A program made the translations under genes and the position numbers. A DNA stretch of 60,764 nt, counting the filler, from Globobulimina sp. (lineage: Eukaryota), in the NCBI GenBank assembly GCA_003354225.1. It is 14 parts of 14 records of this genome, joined end to end, with 100 filler letters (N's around TTAATTAATTAA, not from the genome) between each part and the next. Parts side by side here need not be neighbours in the genome. Positions count along the whole stretch, not along the records: positions 8,707 to 12,957 come from PIVH01001416.1; positions 13,058 to 17,308 come from PIVH01001417.1; positions 17,409 to 21,658 come from PIVH01001418.1; positions 21,759 to 26,006 come from PIVH01001419.1; 10 more parts are not named here. The stretch is one strand, 5' to 3'. The notes beneath the pieces are model-generated. The model did no database searches. It worked only from the letters and a program-made list of their open reading frames with translations, and was not told where the DNA came from. Below are positions 11,365 through 23,058 of the stretch, piece by piece. Each line of letters opens with the position of its first letter. Positions within the stretch are counted from its first letter, which is position 1.

Positions 11365-12957
11365 ATGCCTCCCTTTCCTAGTGACAATTTAAGAAAGATT
11401 CTGCCACCGGAATACTCCATCATTTACACATTAAAATCAGAAACTTGCAAAGCAATCCATTTATTATTGTTCATCGCATTTATATCATGTCTACCATATT
11501 GGGCATTGACTGCAATTTATTTACAAGACACCCGTTGGTATATTAATAATGATATGCCTTACGTATGGATATATGTTCGATGCTTTTGGAACAGTGCTTT
11601 TTTGGTCGCCATCTACCATCCAATATATCACATTAGACCGTCCAACTTTATCTGTATATTATTGCTGGTATTTGTAATATTCGATGGCTTTGATACCCTG
11701 TTTGCATATTATTACCTTCACATTGATGTAGATTCGCAGATTGATTCAACCATCACCTCACTCATTCTGTATATGAAAAATACGCAAATCTGTAGCGTTT
11801 TCAACTGCACATTTATCAACACCTATCACGTCGTGCTATCTATACTCACATTCCCTTTGATGAATGTCTTTGCGCTTTTTATCTCAATCATATATCTCAA
11901 ATGCTTTACAGTATATGGCGCAACATCACGTTTCGTATATATTGAATGTCTAATTTTGTGCAAGGATGTGAAACATCTCATTGTTTAACGTGTTTCTCTC
12001 CGTTTCTATAATGAGATGTTTCATAACTTGGCATCAAAATAATTTAAACAAAAACATATAAAAAGAGGAAAAAAAATATTCTGCTTTGCAACATCGGCGA
12101 TCGTCGTTTGTAGAAATGCCGTTTTCGCAGCAACAGCAACAGGCCAATGCAGACCGATCAAACTTATTCAAATCTGTTCTTAATGCTCAATCTAACAAAC
12201 ATTATACCAATGACAACCCGCATAAGCTCAGTCTTGATGAGAAAAACTTTATTTTATCAGATCACGACCAGGAAACAAACAGGAAACAAATAAACAGCCA
12301 CAGTAAATCAGGCAAATGTGTACGCAAAATCTCAATTGGGAGTATAAAATCGTTGAACAGCGAGCTGCAGAGTCCCGGGGATAGTGTCGTTACATTGAAT
12401 GCTGAGTCATATACAACTTCAGTAGCGATGCTATCTAATCTCAGTCAATCAAAACTGTTATTTGGTGTGGAAGCGGTGAAGAAAATAAACGAGAGACGCT
12501 CGCTTAAAAACCCATCGTTTGAATCGTCACATTTACAAATTTGGTACGGTTCACAAGCAATCCGTTCGTCGTTCCATAGGTCTTTGGATGAGTCGTTACT
12601 CAGATTGATCAACGTGGGATCATCGGATTTACCGATCTCTACGGATAATTTATGGAAAGTTGTCTTACTTTCGGTATTAATGAGTTTGGTGCTTTTGCTG
12701 TTATTGTTTAGTGTCTTTTGTTGGTATATGGTTCAAATTAAATATATAAAAACACCGCGGGGTGGATTGGCGCATTATGGCTTATTATTGTGTGGTTATG
12801 GAATATTCAATGGCTTATTGAATAAAATAACAGTGGAAATTGATAGGTATCGACAATATTATTACGACATTTCAGTGCAAATATTAATGCAAGTGTTCAT
12901 TGACTCGTTTTATTGGTTGTTGTATAGATACAGTTTATTATTGATTATGCCGTTGAT
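11365..12957 (+). CDS. Multi-pass membrane protein, probably one gene (splice junction near 11.9-12.06 kb unresolved), 3' truncated
   Basis: Two same-strand ORFs: about 5 TM segments, a Ser-rich loop, then further TM segments. Confidence 0.45.
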
Positions 12958-13250
12958 NNNNNNNNNNNNNNNNNNNNNNNNNNNNNNNNNNNNNNNNNNN
13001 NTTAATTAATTAANNNNNNNNNNNNNNNNNNNNNNNNNNNNNNNNNNNNNNNNNNNNAAAAACAGTAATTTCAAACTGAAAAGCAAAAAGTTAAATGTTA
13101 CCTTTAACATTTTATTATTAACATATTTTCCTTCCCATTATGCCTTTTTTAGCTGTTTGGAACTATTAAAAAAAAAAGACTCATCGTTTAGTATAACTGA
13201 ATGATCATAAAAACGCGTGCTTTAAGCTTAGTGAAATCCATCCTGTCGCC

Positions 13251-14700
13251 ATGAACAACGATAACTTAGATGAATATCGTGCAAAATTGCAAAAATCCAA
13301 GCAACAATTAAAAAAAGTGAAACAATTATTAACGCAACAACCACACAATGAAAACCTGATGAATGTATGTAACAGACCCAATTTTTACCATGTATTCAAT
13401 TCACAAATCACACACTCAACCGATTCATTATCAAACCTAACAGTTAAAAAAAGATCTCATCGAAGTAATAACCGTCACAGAAAATCTTATCCTCAAAAAA
13501 CAAGAAAAATCATTCGATCCCGCCAAAATACACAAAAGTATTAACAAACACAATCGAAATTTAAATCAACCATCACAATACCATCATAATTACGACAATA
13601 AAGCACCATTTCAATCCGCAAACACACACAACGCACAATCAAATGACAACATCTATGCAAACAATCCGATGTTTGTTCAAAATAACGTTGTCAAAAACGA
13701 AAAACAGAAGAAGCCAATTCCACGCGAGTGGGGTGTCAAAAAAGAACACTATGAAATCGGGGAACGTTGCCAGGTATAAACAAAGCTATCCTTACACCAT
13801 TATCTCCCATCACACGTCAGCACCAACACTAAAAAACATTTTCACTCAGGTTTTTTTTTACTACTTAAGGTGAAATGGCAGCGGAAATGGCAGATCGCAA
13901 AGATATTAGACACTGTGATCACTGCTAACAATAATAACAGCAACAGAGACGAAACCGAGTCCAAAGTTAAAGAAGAAGACAATATTTCATACAGGGTATT
14001 GTTTTTAAACCGCGGCCATGAATATACAACTTCCGTCAGCAATATTCGCAGTTATGTGCAACCACTGCCGTCCCAATTGAATGTAGGCATGAAAATACGT
14101 GCAATTTGGCAGAAGGATGACCGGTTTTATCCTGCGATCATTCAGGAGATTAGTGACGATTTAGAATATAAAATAAAATTTGACAAATATAATGAATATT
14201 CCAGTGTGACCTTATACGATATACAATTAATTGGAGGCGGCAGTGGTGGTAACAACAAAAATGAGGGCTTTTATGGAGTTAAACGTGATAATAAGACGGG
14301 CAATTTATTGATAAGTGAGACAGTGAGCATTCCCTCGAATCTATGGAGCCGCGATGATGATACACCCGTTGAACGAGAGAAGAAAAGAAAGAAAATAAGA
14401 TCCATTAAGAGACAGCATCGGAGCTTAAAACTGGACATCGAGAGCAAAAATAGAGCGAATAATTGGTTGAGATTTAAAACCAAATCGTTGAAAAAATCGA
14501 AAAAAAAATTCCAATCTACATTGTTAAGGGACGATAAAACCAAATCAATTTTCGAATCGCCGTCAAATGTCACCAGTTCTATTATTGATACAAATGCAAA
14601 TATGACACATTTCAAACAAAGGACACATTTTCATACTTTAAAAAAAGATCCGAAACATTATAAAAATAAAAATACCGGCAATAGTAATAATAATCAATGA
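13251..14700 (+). CDS. SMNDC1: Splicing factor SPF30/SMNDC1-like Tudor protein
   Basis: Introns 13365-13443 and 13774-13869 restore frame. N-terminus L..Y...L..V...L...P.NE.L..LKKDLIEVI; Tudor domain (VGMKIRAIW..D.RFYPAII); C-terminal NNWLRF and KSIFESP. Confidence 0.85.
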
Positions 14701-14981
14701 GTAATACGATTGTTTATTTAAGTGTTTCTGTGTTATAACTTCAATTCTGTTTCAATTTCACAACGTTCATAAATGTTATCTTTTTTCTTGACACAAGGCG
14801 AGAGCACAGAGCTGTTTTTGACCAAACCGTCAGCGCGGATTATTCGACCAAACCGCCATTTAAAATTGGAACTTTTGACCCTTTGGGCCTTTCGGTGACT
14901 GATTTGTTGATTCAGATTTTCTGGCTGAGGTGAAAATTAACGTTTTTCTTCACAAGTTTCTCTGAATTCTCTCGACCAACC

Positions 14982-15902
14982 ATGGCACAGCAATTACGCG
15001 ATACCATCATTAACAAAATAGCAAATGTCCTCGGAGAACCAACAACATTTATTACAGAGTTTGAATTTAGAGTAGAAACAACCGCATTATCACACATTGC
15101 CTACCCATTCACAATGGTTTTTGTATTCTGTGTTGGCATTCCAACGTTACAACATGTTATGCGTGGTCGAGTGTCGCCACCACTAAAAACTCTCATTCTT
15201 TTCCATAATATATTTTTATGCGTTGCCTCCGCCTCCTTAGCATTTTTTTTGATGTTAACATTGTATTCGTTTTATGAGAAATCTCCAAACGAATACGTAC
15301 CATCACGAATAATTTGTGGGTTGAATTTTTATGATCAGAAAGGTGTCTTAACATTTATTTATTATGCAAATTATTTATTGAAATATTACGAGTTGTTAGA
15401 TACCATATTCTTGGCATTAAAGCATAAACGTTTAAGTTTTTTGCATTGCTATCATCATCCTGCAACGGTATGTTTTTTAATATGAAAATGTAAGACAAAA
15501 AACACATTTTATACAAAATAACAGTTGGTGTTGACATGGGGACAGTTGGTGGACAGTACAGGTATTCAGTGGTTGGTGATTTTATTGAATTTATATGTTC
15601 ATACTGTGATGTATTTTTATTACGCAATGGCTACGTTACGTATTCGAATGCCATGGAAACGACTGGTTACTATAATGCAAATTGCACAGTTTGTGCTGGA
15701 TTTAGTCGGTTGTTATTCTGCGTGGATGGCGTATAATTTTTTTGGAAGATGTTCTGGACATAATAGAGGTGCTATCGTTGGATGTTTTATATTGACTTCG
15801 TATTTATTTTTATTTGTCGATTTTTATGATGAAACCTATAATAAACAAAAGAAAAAAGTTATTAAAATGGAGAAAATCGACCAAATAAAAAAGAAGAAAT
15901 AA
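14982..15902 (+). CDS. ELO: GNS1/SUR4 (ELO) very-long-chain fatty acid elongase
   Basis: KYYELLDT, FLHCYHH histidine box, HTVMYFYY, TIMQIAQF, dilysine C-terminus. Intron 15468-15524. Confidence 0.95.
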
Positions 15903-16085
15903 GTATTATACAATTTTTTTGTAAATTGACAAATATAATAGTTTTGAAGTATTTTTATTTTAATTATTATTAATTGCTTTTCCAAATTGAAAATTCAGAG
16001 TGTTTCATGTTTTGTGTGCAAGGATATTAGGGATGTTAGGATAACAAATTCACATTTCATTCATTTAAAAACTGTTTTATTTCAC

Positions 16086-16965
16086 ATGTCAACTGCGTTT
16101 TTACTAGTGTTGTTGTTTGCAGTTACAAACGGTTGTATGCAATCACGAAATGAAAACAATACAGCAACACCACATGCATTTAGAATGAGAAACATTACGC
16201 ATGCTTTTTCAGCACGTTCATTGAGATTACCTCAACCACCAATACACCCAATGTCAGCATCTTTCCCTCGATCAAATCTATTTCCACAAGCACACAGTAC
16301 ACCTGCAGCTGTATTCCAAATCCAACCTACAGCATACACAGCAAACACAAATAGTGACTCAGAAACAAGTTGGGTGTATACACATATTTGACTCAAACTA
16401 CTGTAATCTGTTTATACATACAATCATAATTCCTAAATAAGATAACATCGACCGGTTAAGAACACAATTGGGTGGCTTACCCAAAATAACAATTACAAAG
16501 ACAGCTCAGCAGAATTATGACGACAGAATAGATCGCTTCATCAAAGGAATGGGCGTTATCAGAGCCGGCATGACCAATAAAACAAAATTATGTGATGATA
16601 TTATTCGTACCATTTGGGACTATGCGAATTATGAAAAAACACCTTCACTGATAACGCGTTGGCCGACTGTGACATGGCGAGCAAGACTAAGATTACCAAG
16701 ATCAAGATCCGCCGGTCGACGACAACCAATGTATAAAACTGCTGCAACACAGACCAATAAACATGATGTAATTACTAATAAAAGTGAGGATGTTGTTCCA
16801 TTGTGGGTTTATAATGAAATGGATGCTCAATTAGCTTTGATTCAAAATCAAATTGACAGAAATAGTCAGATAATCAGAGAGCTCCAAGGTAGAAATTTGT
16901 GTTTACAAAAAGATGCTGATAAACTAAGCGATAATATTATTGAATTTAAGCAACGGAAAAAATGA
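16086..16965 (+). CDS. Hypothetical protein with signal-peptide-like N-terminus and C-terminal coiled coil (probably 2 exons)
   Basis: Two adjacent same-strand ORFs separated by an AT-rich gap ending in AG at about 16441; donor site uncertain. Confidence 0.4.
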
Positions 16966-17456
16966 ATTTTACAATCTATTTTAATGAACTTTAATTTTAT
17001 AATTAATTTAAATACAACAATTTGTACATCCAGATAGGTACTTCATTGCTAAAAGTATGATAGGAAGAGGCCATTAGTTTTTTCATCACACTTTTAGGAA
17101 CATGCATGCAAACAACCATAAAATAGCAGGATGTGTACATTTTACTAAAAAAAAACACACTTTACAGAGTCCCTCCTTAGTGATCACACATAATGCGGCT
17201 AACTATTGATTTGTTACGTTACGTAGCAGGCCACATAAACGCAATTCGTCAGCGCGAAATATCATTGCGTGGCTATCAAATACCAGCCATTGAAAATTTA
17301 GGAATATTNNNNNNNNNNNNNNNNNNNNNNNNNNNNNNNNNNNNNNNNNNNNTTAATTAATTAANNNNNNNNNNNNNNNNNNNNNNNNNNNNNNNNNNNN
17401 NNNNNNNNCATCCAAAATTAGACTTTACATTTTGCACAAGTACTAGTAGAATCATA

Positions 17457-18946
17457 ATGGCGAATACATTAAGATTGTTGATATCATTTGCGATAATTAT
17501 ATTAATATTAGTAAATGTTTGTTCTTGTTCACTAATTCCAGGCACTGTGTGTGTACTGAATAATAATACTGCGATGCTTCAGTACGATCTCAATCAATAC
17601 ATCAAACGAAAAATATTACCAATCAATCAACGCGTTTCATATCAATTTACTCCCAAATGGTGTGATATGCAAGAATACAATCAATTATTTCACCGATTCC
17701 TCCAAACAGTGCAACAAAATGAAGGCAATCGAGATGCCTTTAAACCTGTATTTATACAAATGTCGGATTGTATTATTCCGATGATAATGAGCAAATACTC
17801 CGATCTTTGGTTCGTCAAAATCACTTTGCACATTCATGCATGGTAGAAGGTAAAATCAACTCACATAATTTCAAACAAATTCCATTTCTTGACAAAGCCA
17901 TGGACGATATCTCAAAGTACACTCAAATTCCACGTGAAAATCTCTTTCATCTCAAAGAATTATTAAGCACAAATCCAATACAGTATCAATTAAAACAATG
18001 GTTATCAAACTGGGTCTTAATTGATGATACTTCCAAAATGCAGAACTTTGACAAAGATACCATGGTCATGTTTAAAAACAAAAACACTGAGCAAACCTTA
18101 GTATTATTAGCTGACATTCATGTCAGAAAACAGCCACAATTTTTAAAATTCGTTGCAGATTGGAAACCATCACTGTTATTTGTAGAAACTGAGCCTGTCC
18201 AAACGCTAAAATTTTATGAAAAAAAAAAGCAAGAATTTGTGTCTCCAGCAGCATTGGATACGATTGGAAACGTTGCATTGGCGACAAACACGATAAGTGC
18301 GACTACTTTTGCAGTACTCCTGTATCAACAACCACTGATTGCCGCATTCCTATCAACATCCATTGTATATAATGCGTGTTATATCAAATTTGCCACGTCC
18401 GCTTGGGCTGCAATGAAAAGGTATGCGGGAGAAACTATTTATGACACGATCAAAGTTGCAAAAATGAATTCAAATGCTCAAAATGGTGATAAATTCTCGC
18501 TGGTTTTTGCAGACTACAAAGATTATGACAGAGGATATTTGCAATGGTCCAAATTGTCGGAATATTTGGATTCCATTCCTCTATCAAAACCATTCAACAC
18601 TTTGGCTACAAGTACTCGTTTATGTCAATTATGTGACTCTATAAAAATGTTATTCAGACAGCGATATCCAATGGAACAATATATAAAAGATCAGAATTAT
18701 CAAAATGTCAAACGTTATCATCCACATTTTTGGGATATGGTGCATGTGAGGAGAAGCTCAATTATTTGGCAATCATTAATGGGCGTTTCAAAGCCAGAAT
18801 TTGTTGATCATAAACGCATTGTCGGCGTGTTCGGAATGACGCATGTTGCAGATATTAGGCAGTGGCATAATGGAAAACCATCAGACACTCTGAAACAGCT
18901 GGACTTGGACACTATTAATCCTTACAAATTGTCATCAAAGCTTTAA
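17457..18946 (+). CDS. TraB/PrgY/GumN-like protein with apparent frameshift near 17768
   Basis: Motif series LVLLADIHV, PSLLFVE, GET, LVFAD, RRSSIIWQSL, IVGVFGMTHVADI matches the TraB family pattern. The upstream ORF overlaps in another frame. Confidence 0.55.
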
Positions 18947-19145
18947 TTTATATTTATTTTTCAATTGATTCTGAAAATATTTCACTTGTTTTCCCTCGAT
19001 GAGTTTTGATACGTAACCGGTTGAATATTTGCCAATTGCTATATAACTTTATCTGGGTTTGTTGTGACTTTATCTTGGGTTTGCAAACAGATAAATGTTT
19101 GAGTTTTAATAACTTTAAAAAACCACCAAAACAATTTTTGTGATA

Positions 19146-20048
19146 ATGGCACTTTCATTCTGGGGCTTGAATCATTTATTTGTGACAGCCAGATTAACAA
19201 AATACGCAGAACCAGAAGGCAAACGCAAAAAACAAATTGCAAAGAAACGTAGTAAATTTTTCTCAAAATCAGAGACCAAACCTAATAAAAGAAAAACACC
19301 ATCAGTCTTTACACTCCCTCTTCAATCTTCATTTCGATCAAAAGTATCAAATAAATCGAATAAAACAAATTGTAGCAGCGAGACATCAGACGGAGGCTCG
19401 GAATCTAACTATTTATCTGATGATTCTTTGAACTCTTTGGACTCTTTAAATTCGTTCGAGTCCTTTGACTCTTTTGACACGAAACGGACAATGTATTCCA
19501 TATTAAAAAAACAAAGAAATGAAGCGATCAAAAAAACGCGTAAATTGGAAAATATATTAAAAGAAAATGATGTAAAATTTGCCTTGAAATGTGATCAATT
19601 TAATCATCAAATAAAACAATATAAATATACAAGTAATCGGTTGCAAAGAGAAAATATTAAATTCAAAAATGAATTAAAAATATTACAAGAAACGTTGGCA
19701 ATTTTAACATATACATTCAATGCATCCAATATCAATACAGCTCCGTCCATCTTATATTTGCATGAAAGAAAAAAATCACCGGCTCCACTCCCGCAAATAC
19801 CACAATTTGTACAAAAAGAATATAAAAAAGAATCTCATACAAACATTGCTATGATACAACCGTTGATATATGGCCGTGGCGACAATGATAATATTAATCA
19901 GAATATAAAACCACCGGTACAAAATACACACATTCGACAATTAACTACGATTATGGAACATAAACAGATTCCGTTGGGATTATTAATCACAAATCAAAGG
20001 CATGAATATAAGGATTTTGCCCGTCAAAGATCAATTACTTATGTATAA
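19146..20048 (+). CDS. Hypothetical Ser-rich coiled-coil protein
   Basis: About 300-aa open frame followed by an AT-rich 3' region. Confidence 0.5.
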   Translation: MALSFWGLNHLFVTARLTKYAEPEGKRKKQIAKKRSKFFSKSETKPNKRKTPSVFTLPLQSSFRSKVSNKSNKTNCSSETSDGGSESNYLSDDSLNSLDSLNSFESFDSFDTKRTMYSILKKQRNEAIKKTRKLENILKENDVKFALKCDQFNHQIKQYKYTSNRLQRENIKFKNELKILQETLAILTYTFNASNINTAPSILYLHERKKSPAPLPQIPQFVQKEYKKESHTNIAMIQPLIYGRGDNDNINQNIKPPVQNTHIRQLTTIMEHKQIPLGLLITNQRHEYKDFARQRSITYV

Positions 20049-20321
20049 AATGTATAAATTAAATAATATCATTATACAAAAACGATTTACTGTCTTTATT
20101 TTTTATTAAATTATATTTACTTTTTTTTTCTATATTTTATAATTACACTTTATTTCCATTTTATTGATTTATTTATTGTTATTAAATATTTATTACAAGT
20201 TTTTGTACGACAACAGCGTATATATTATATTCATACAAGAATTAAAATCTTAATTAAAATCCGATTTACGTTTCAAACGAAAAGATTTTTGTTAATCACA
20301 GTAATCACTCAGCTTTCAAGC

Positions 20322-21658
20322 ATGTCGTCCAAAGTGTTTTTGTTGGCTGTGATATTTCTAAAACAATATGGAGGATTTAGCGCACATAGCCCAGATTGGT
20401 TAATCACAGATTTAAACGCTTATCCTGAAGTAATATTGAACGATTGTGTATATGGCGAAGCACCAAATGATTTCCCTTGCATTGAACTATCGAACTCTTT
20501 AATTTCAAGAAAATTCATCACCACACCGAATTTCTTCACAGTTGAATATAACTCATATTTGAGTGGTTCCTCCTATATAATGGGCACAGGCATTGACTAC
20601 ATATTGCGTTCACCATTTAGTCCTGAAGCGATTATTGGTTTTAATTATCAAAATTATTCAATTGGAGGAGTTTCATATGTTAATAATAGCAAAACAACCG
20701 CCGCTTTTTGGACAGAAGCATGGTTACAAAAAAGTAATATAAAACTTAACGATTCAACGTGGTTATTTGAGAGCTATTCGACATCAAAAACACTCAATAA
20801 ATTATATGAGTGGACGCCTGGTGTTCGACATTCATTTGATTACATAGTTAAAACATTACATTTCTACGATATATTCTTATATTTTATACATTCTATGCTG
20901 TATAGAATTGGCCACCCAAAGGGTTACAATTGACTGTAACATTCACGCCGCCTAAAACTGCTCCCATTGAAATACAAAATTATGTTAAAGTCAAAATAGT
21001 ATATGAAATGTATCAAGGAATGCCTATATTATCAAAGCAAATTGTAATTGAATCCTCAGCGCCGATACTAACTTCGTCCATACATTTGACATACATTCAA
21101 GTTGAACAGTTAAAGACAAATGTTCCATATGGTTTAGATGAGCATGACTACGGATATTGGACAGCTGATCAAGGCGACGATAAATGGGCATTTATGAAGA
21201 AACAATGGGGGCAATATCCGGGATACTTGTTTCTATGGAATGATTATGCGCATTTAACTGAAATATTATGGTTTGAGGATACCGATAAAGTTGACTTTAC
21301 AGCAAATAATTATGGCGGATATGAGCCAATGGTGATATCATATTTCACCACTAATGACGAACAGACTCAGTTTGCAGTAAAATTCGATCCAGATTTACCA
21401 GGCACTGCTCGTGGAAGATTTGAATCCTTCCGCACTTTCGAATTAATTTTCGATTCGTATGAGTGGGAGCGACAGGGCTTAGCCATGAGAAAGTTAATGA
21501 CTTTTATGAGTCCCGCTATTACTGAGTCGCCCATATATGCACAAACAATGAATATGAGCAATTCGAGTGTGTATAGGATGATTGATCAATGCGCAGAGTC
21601 GGGGTTTGAAATGTTGGCATTTAGTTTTGATTCAGATTTTAATATGTTTACGCATAAT
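20322..21658 (+). CDS. Secreted GH36-like alpha-galactosidase-type glycosidase, 3' truncated
   Basis: Signal peptide. Motifs SPDWLI, LSNSLISRKF, WPPKG (formed across intron 20847-20905), YEMYQGMPILSK, FESFRTFEL, ERQGLA, IDQCAESGFEM..SF.S.FNM. Confidence 0.75.
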
Positions 21659-21889
21659 NNNNNNNNNNNNNNNNNNNNNNNNNNNNNNNNNNNNNNNNNN
21701 NNTTAATTAATTAANNNNNNNNNNNNNNNNNNNNNNNNNNNNNNNNNNNNNNNNNNNNAATGCTTTTATATCATAATTTGAACAGCAACACACATTCGAA
21801 CAATGTCGCAGTTTGTTTTGGCGCAGACATTCATTTCATCACAAAATATCCGCATCTCACCAATTTCATCCTTTTCCCCGGCTGCAGTC

Positions 21890-22890
21890 TTACACTGTAC
21901 ATATAACATTTTTTCCGTTGGAATCTCGTTTATATTTGGCATTGACATCGATATCAATACGCTTTGCAAAAAATATCTCATTTTCGCATTCTTCAAAATT
22001 GCAACATGGATAAACTATGCCGACAACAAATTTAACAATGATATCAACAGTAATTTGGTGAAATTGATGTTTTTGGACCAATGAAGAATTTGAAATTGAG
22101 CGAAACAGTAAAACGTATTCTCCACATTGAATACAATAAAAAATACCTTCATTTGAATTACATTCATTACACAGAGTACAACAACGTAGTTTGCATCGCA
22201 TACATTTTTTATAATTGTTGTTGTAAAAAGAACCGATATTAGAACATTTTTCCGATAATTTATGAATACGTACCAACATAATGAACTATTGTATGACTGT
22301 ATGGCTTATCAACGCAATCTGAAAAATCACTGACTTCAATGTTCATTTGCTTCAATTCTCGATGTTGTCGATAATAAACAGTTATAATTAAAGTTCGGTT
22401 GCACTGCAAAGTGTTGACTACAACTTTGCCGATTACCCACTGATTCTATCGCCGACTTTGAGGGATTGTATCCATTTTGGGATCGAGCGGGTTTGTGTTG
22501 CGATGGTATCATTTGTTGTGTAATTTGCTGTTTTGGATATTTTGTGAGTTCCGATTGGTGCTATTAACTGTTGCAATTTTCTCTGATTAGCATCCACTTC
22601 AAATTCAAAATGCATTGTTTTTAGATCTTAATTCAATTCGGATAAAAAGCATTCTTTTTGAATTTCTGCAAGTATTCATGACAACTTTTCCTATGTTCCA
22701 TTGATTGTACACATCATCATAAATATTAATCAAATCCAATATTTTGAGCTTAGACAACCATTCTTGAAATGGAAGCAATTTATTATTGCAGTTTGCATTT
22801 TGTTGTATTGCAATTAATTTTTGTATTCCATCTAATTTTTCAATTCCAATCCCAACGTTAAAACAGTTTGCAATGCATTCAACACAGAAT
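21890..22890 (-). pseudogene. Disrupted Tudor/MBT-like repeat gene followed by a Cys-rich region
   Basis: Repeat units WLSKLKILDLINIYD..YNQWNIGKV and WIQSLKVGDRI, plus IAPIGTH. In-frame TAA at 22628-22630 and 22433-22435. Confidence 0.45.
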
Positions 22891-23058
22891 TTATTATTTC
22901 TTTTTTTCTTTGTTTCTCATAAACACTCAAACTTTCTTTTATTTCTTCCAGTTTACTCCAAGAATATTTGTCTAACGCCAAGCCAAGAGAAAAACCTTTT
23001 TTTTTTCAGTGATCTACTGTCATCCGAAATATTCAAGAACTTTCGAATCGAATTCACA

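Noticed and set aside
22786-23058. N-terminal 91 aa of the 725-aa ORF
   Set aside because: Non-ATG start overlapping a minus-strand pseudogene and T-rich intergenic DNA; the ATG at 23059 is the likely start.
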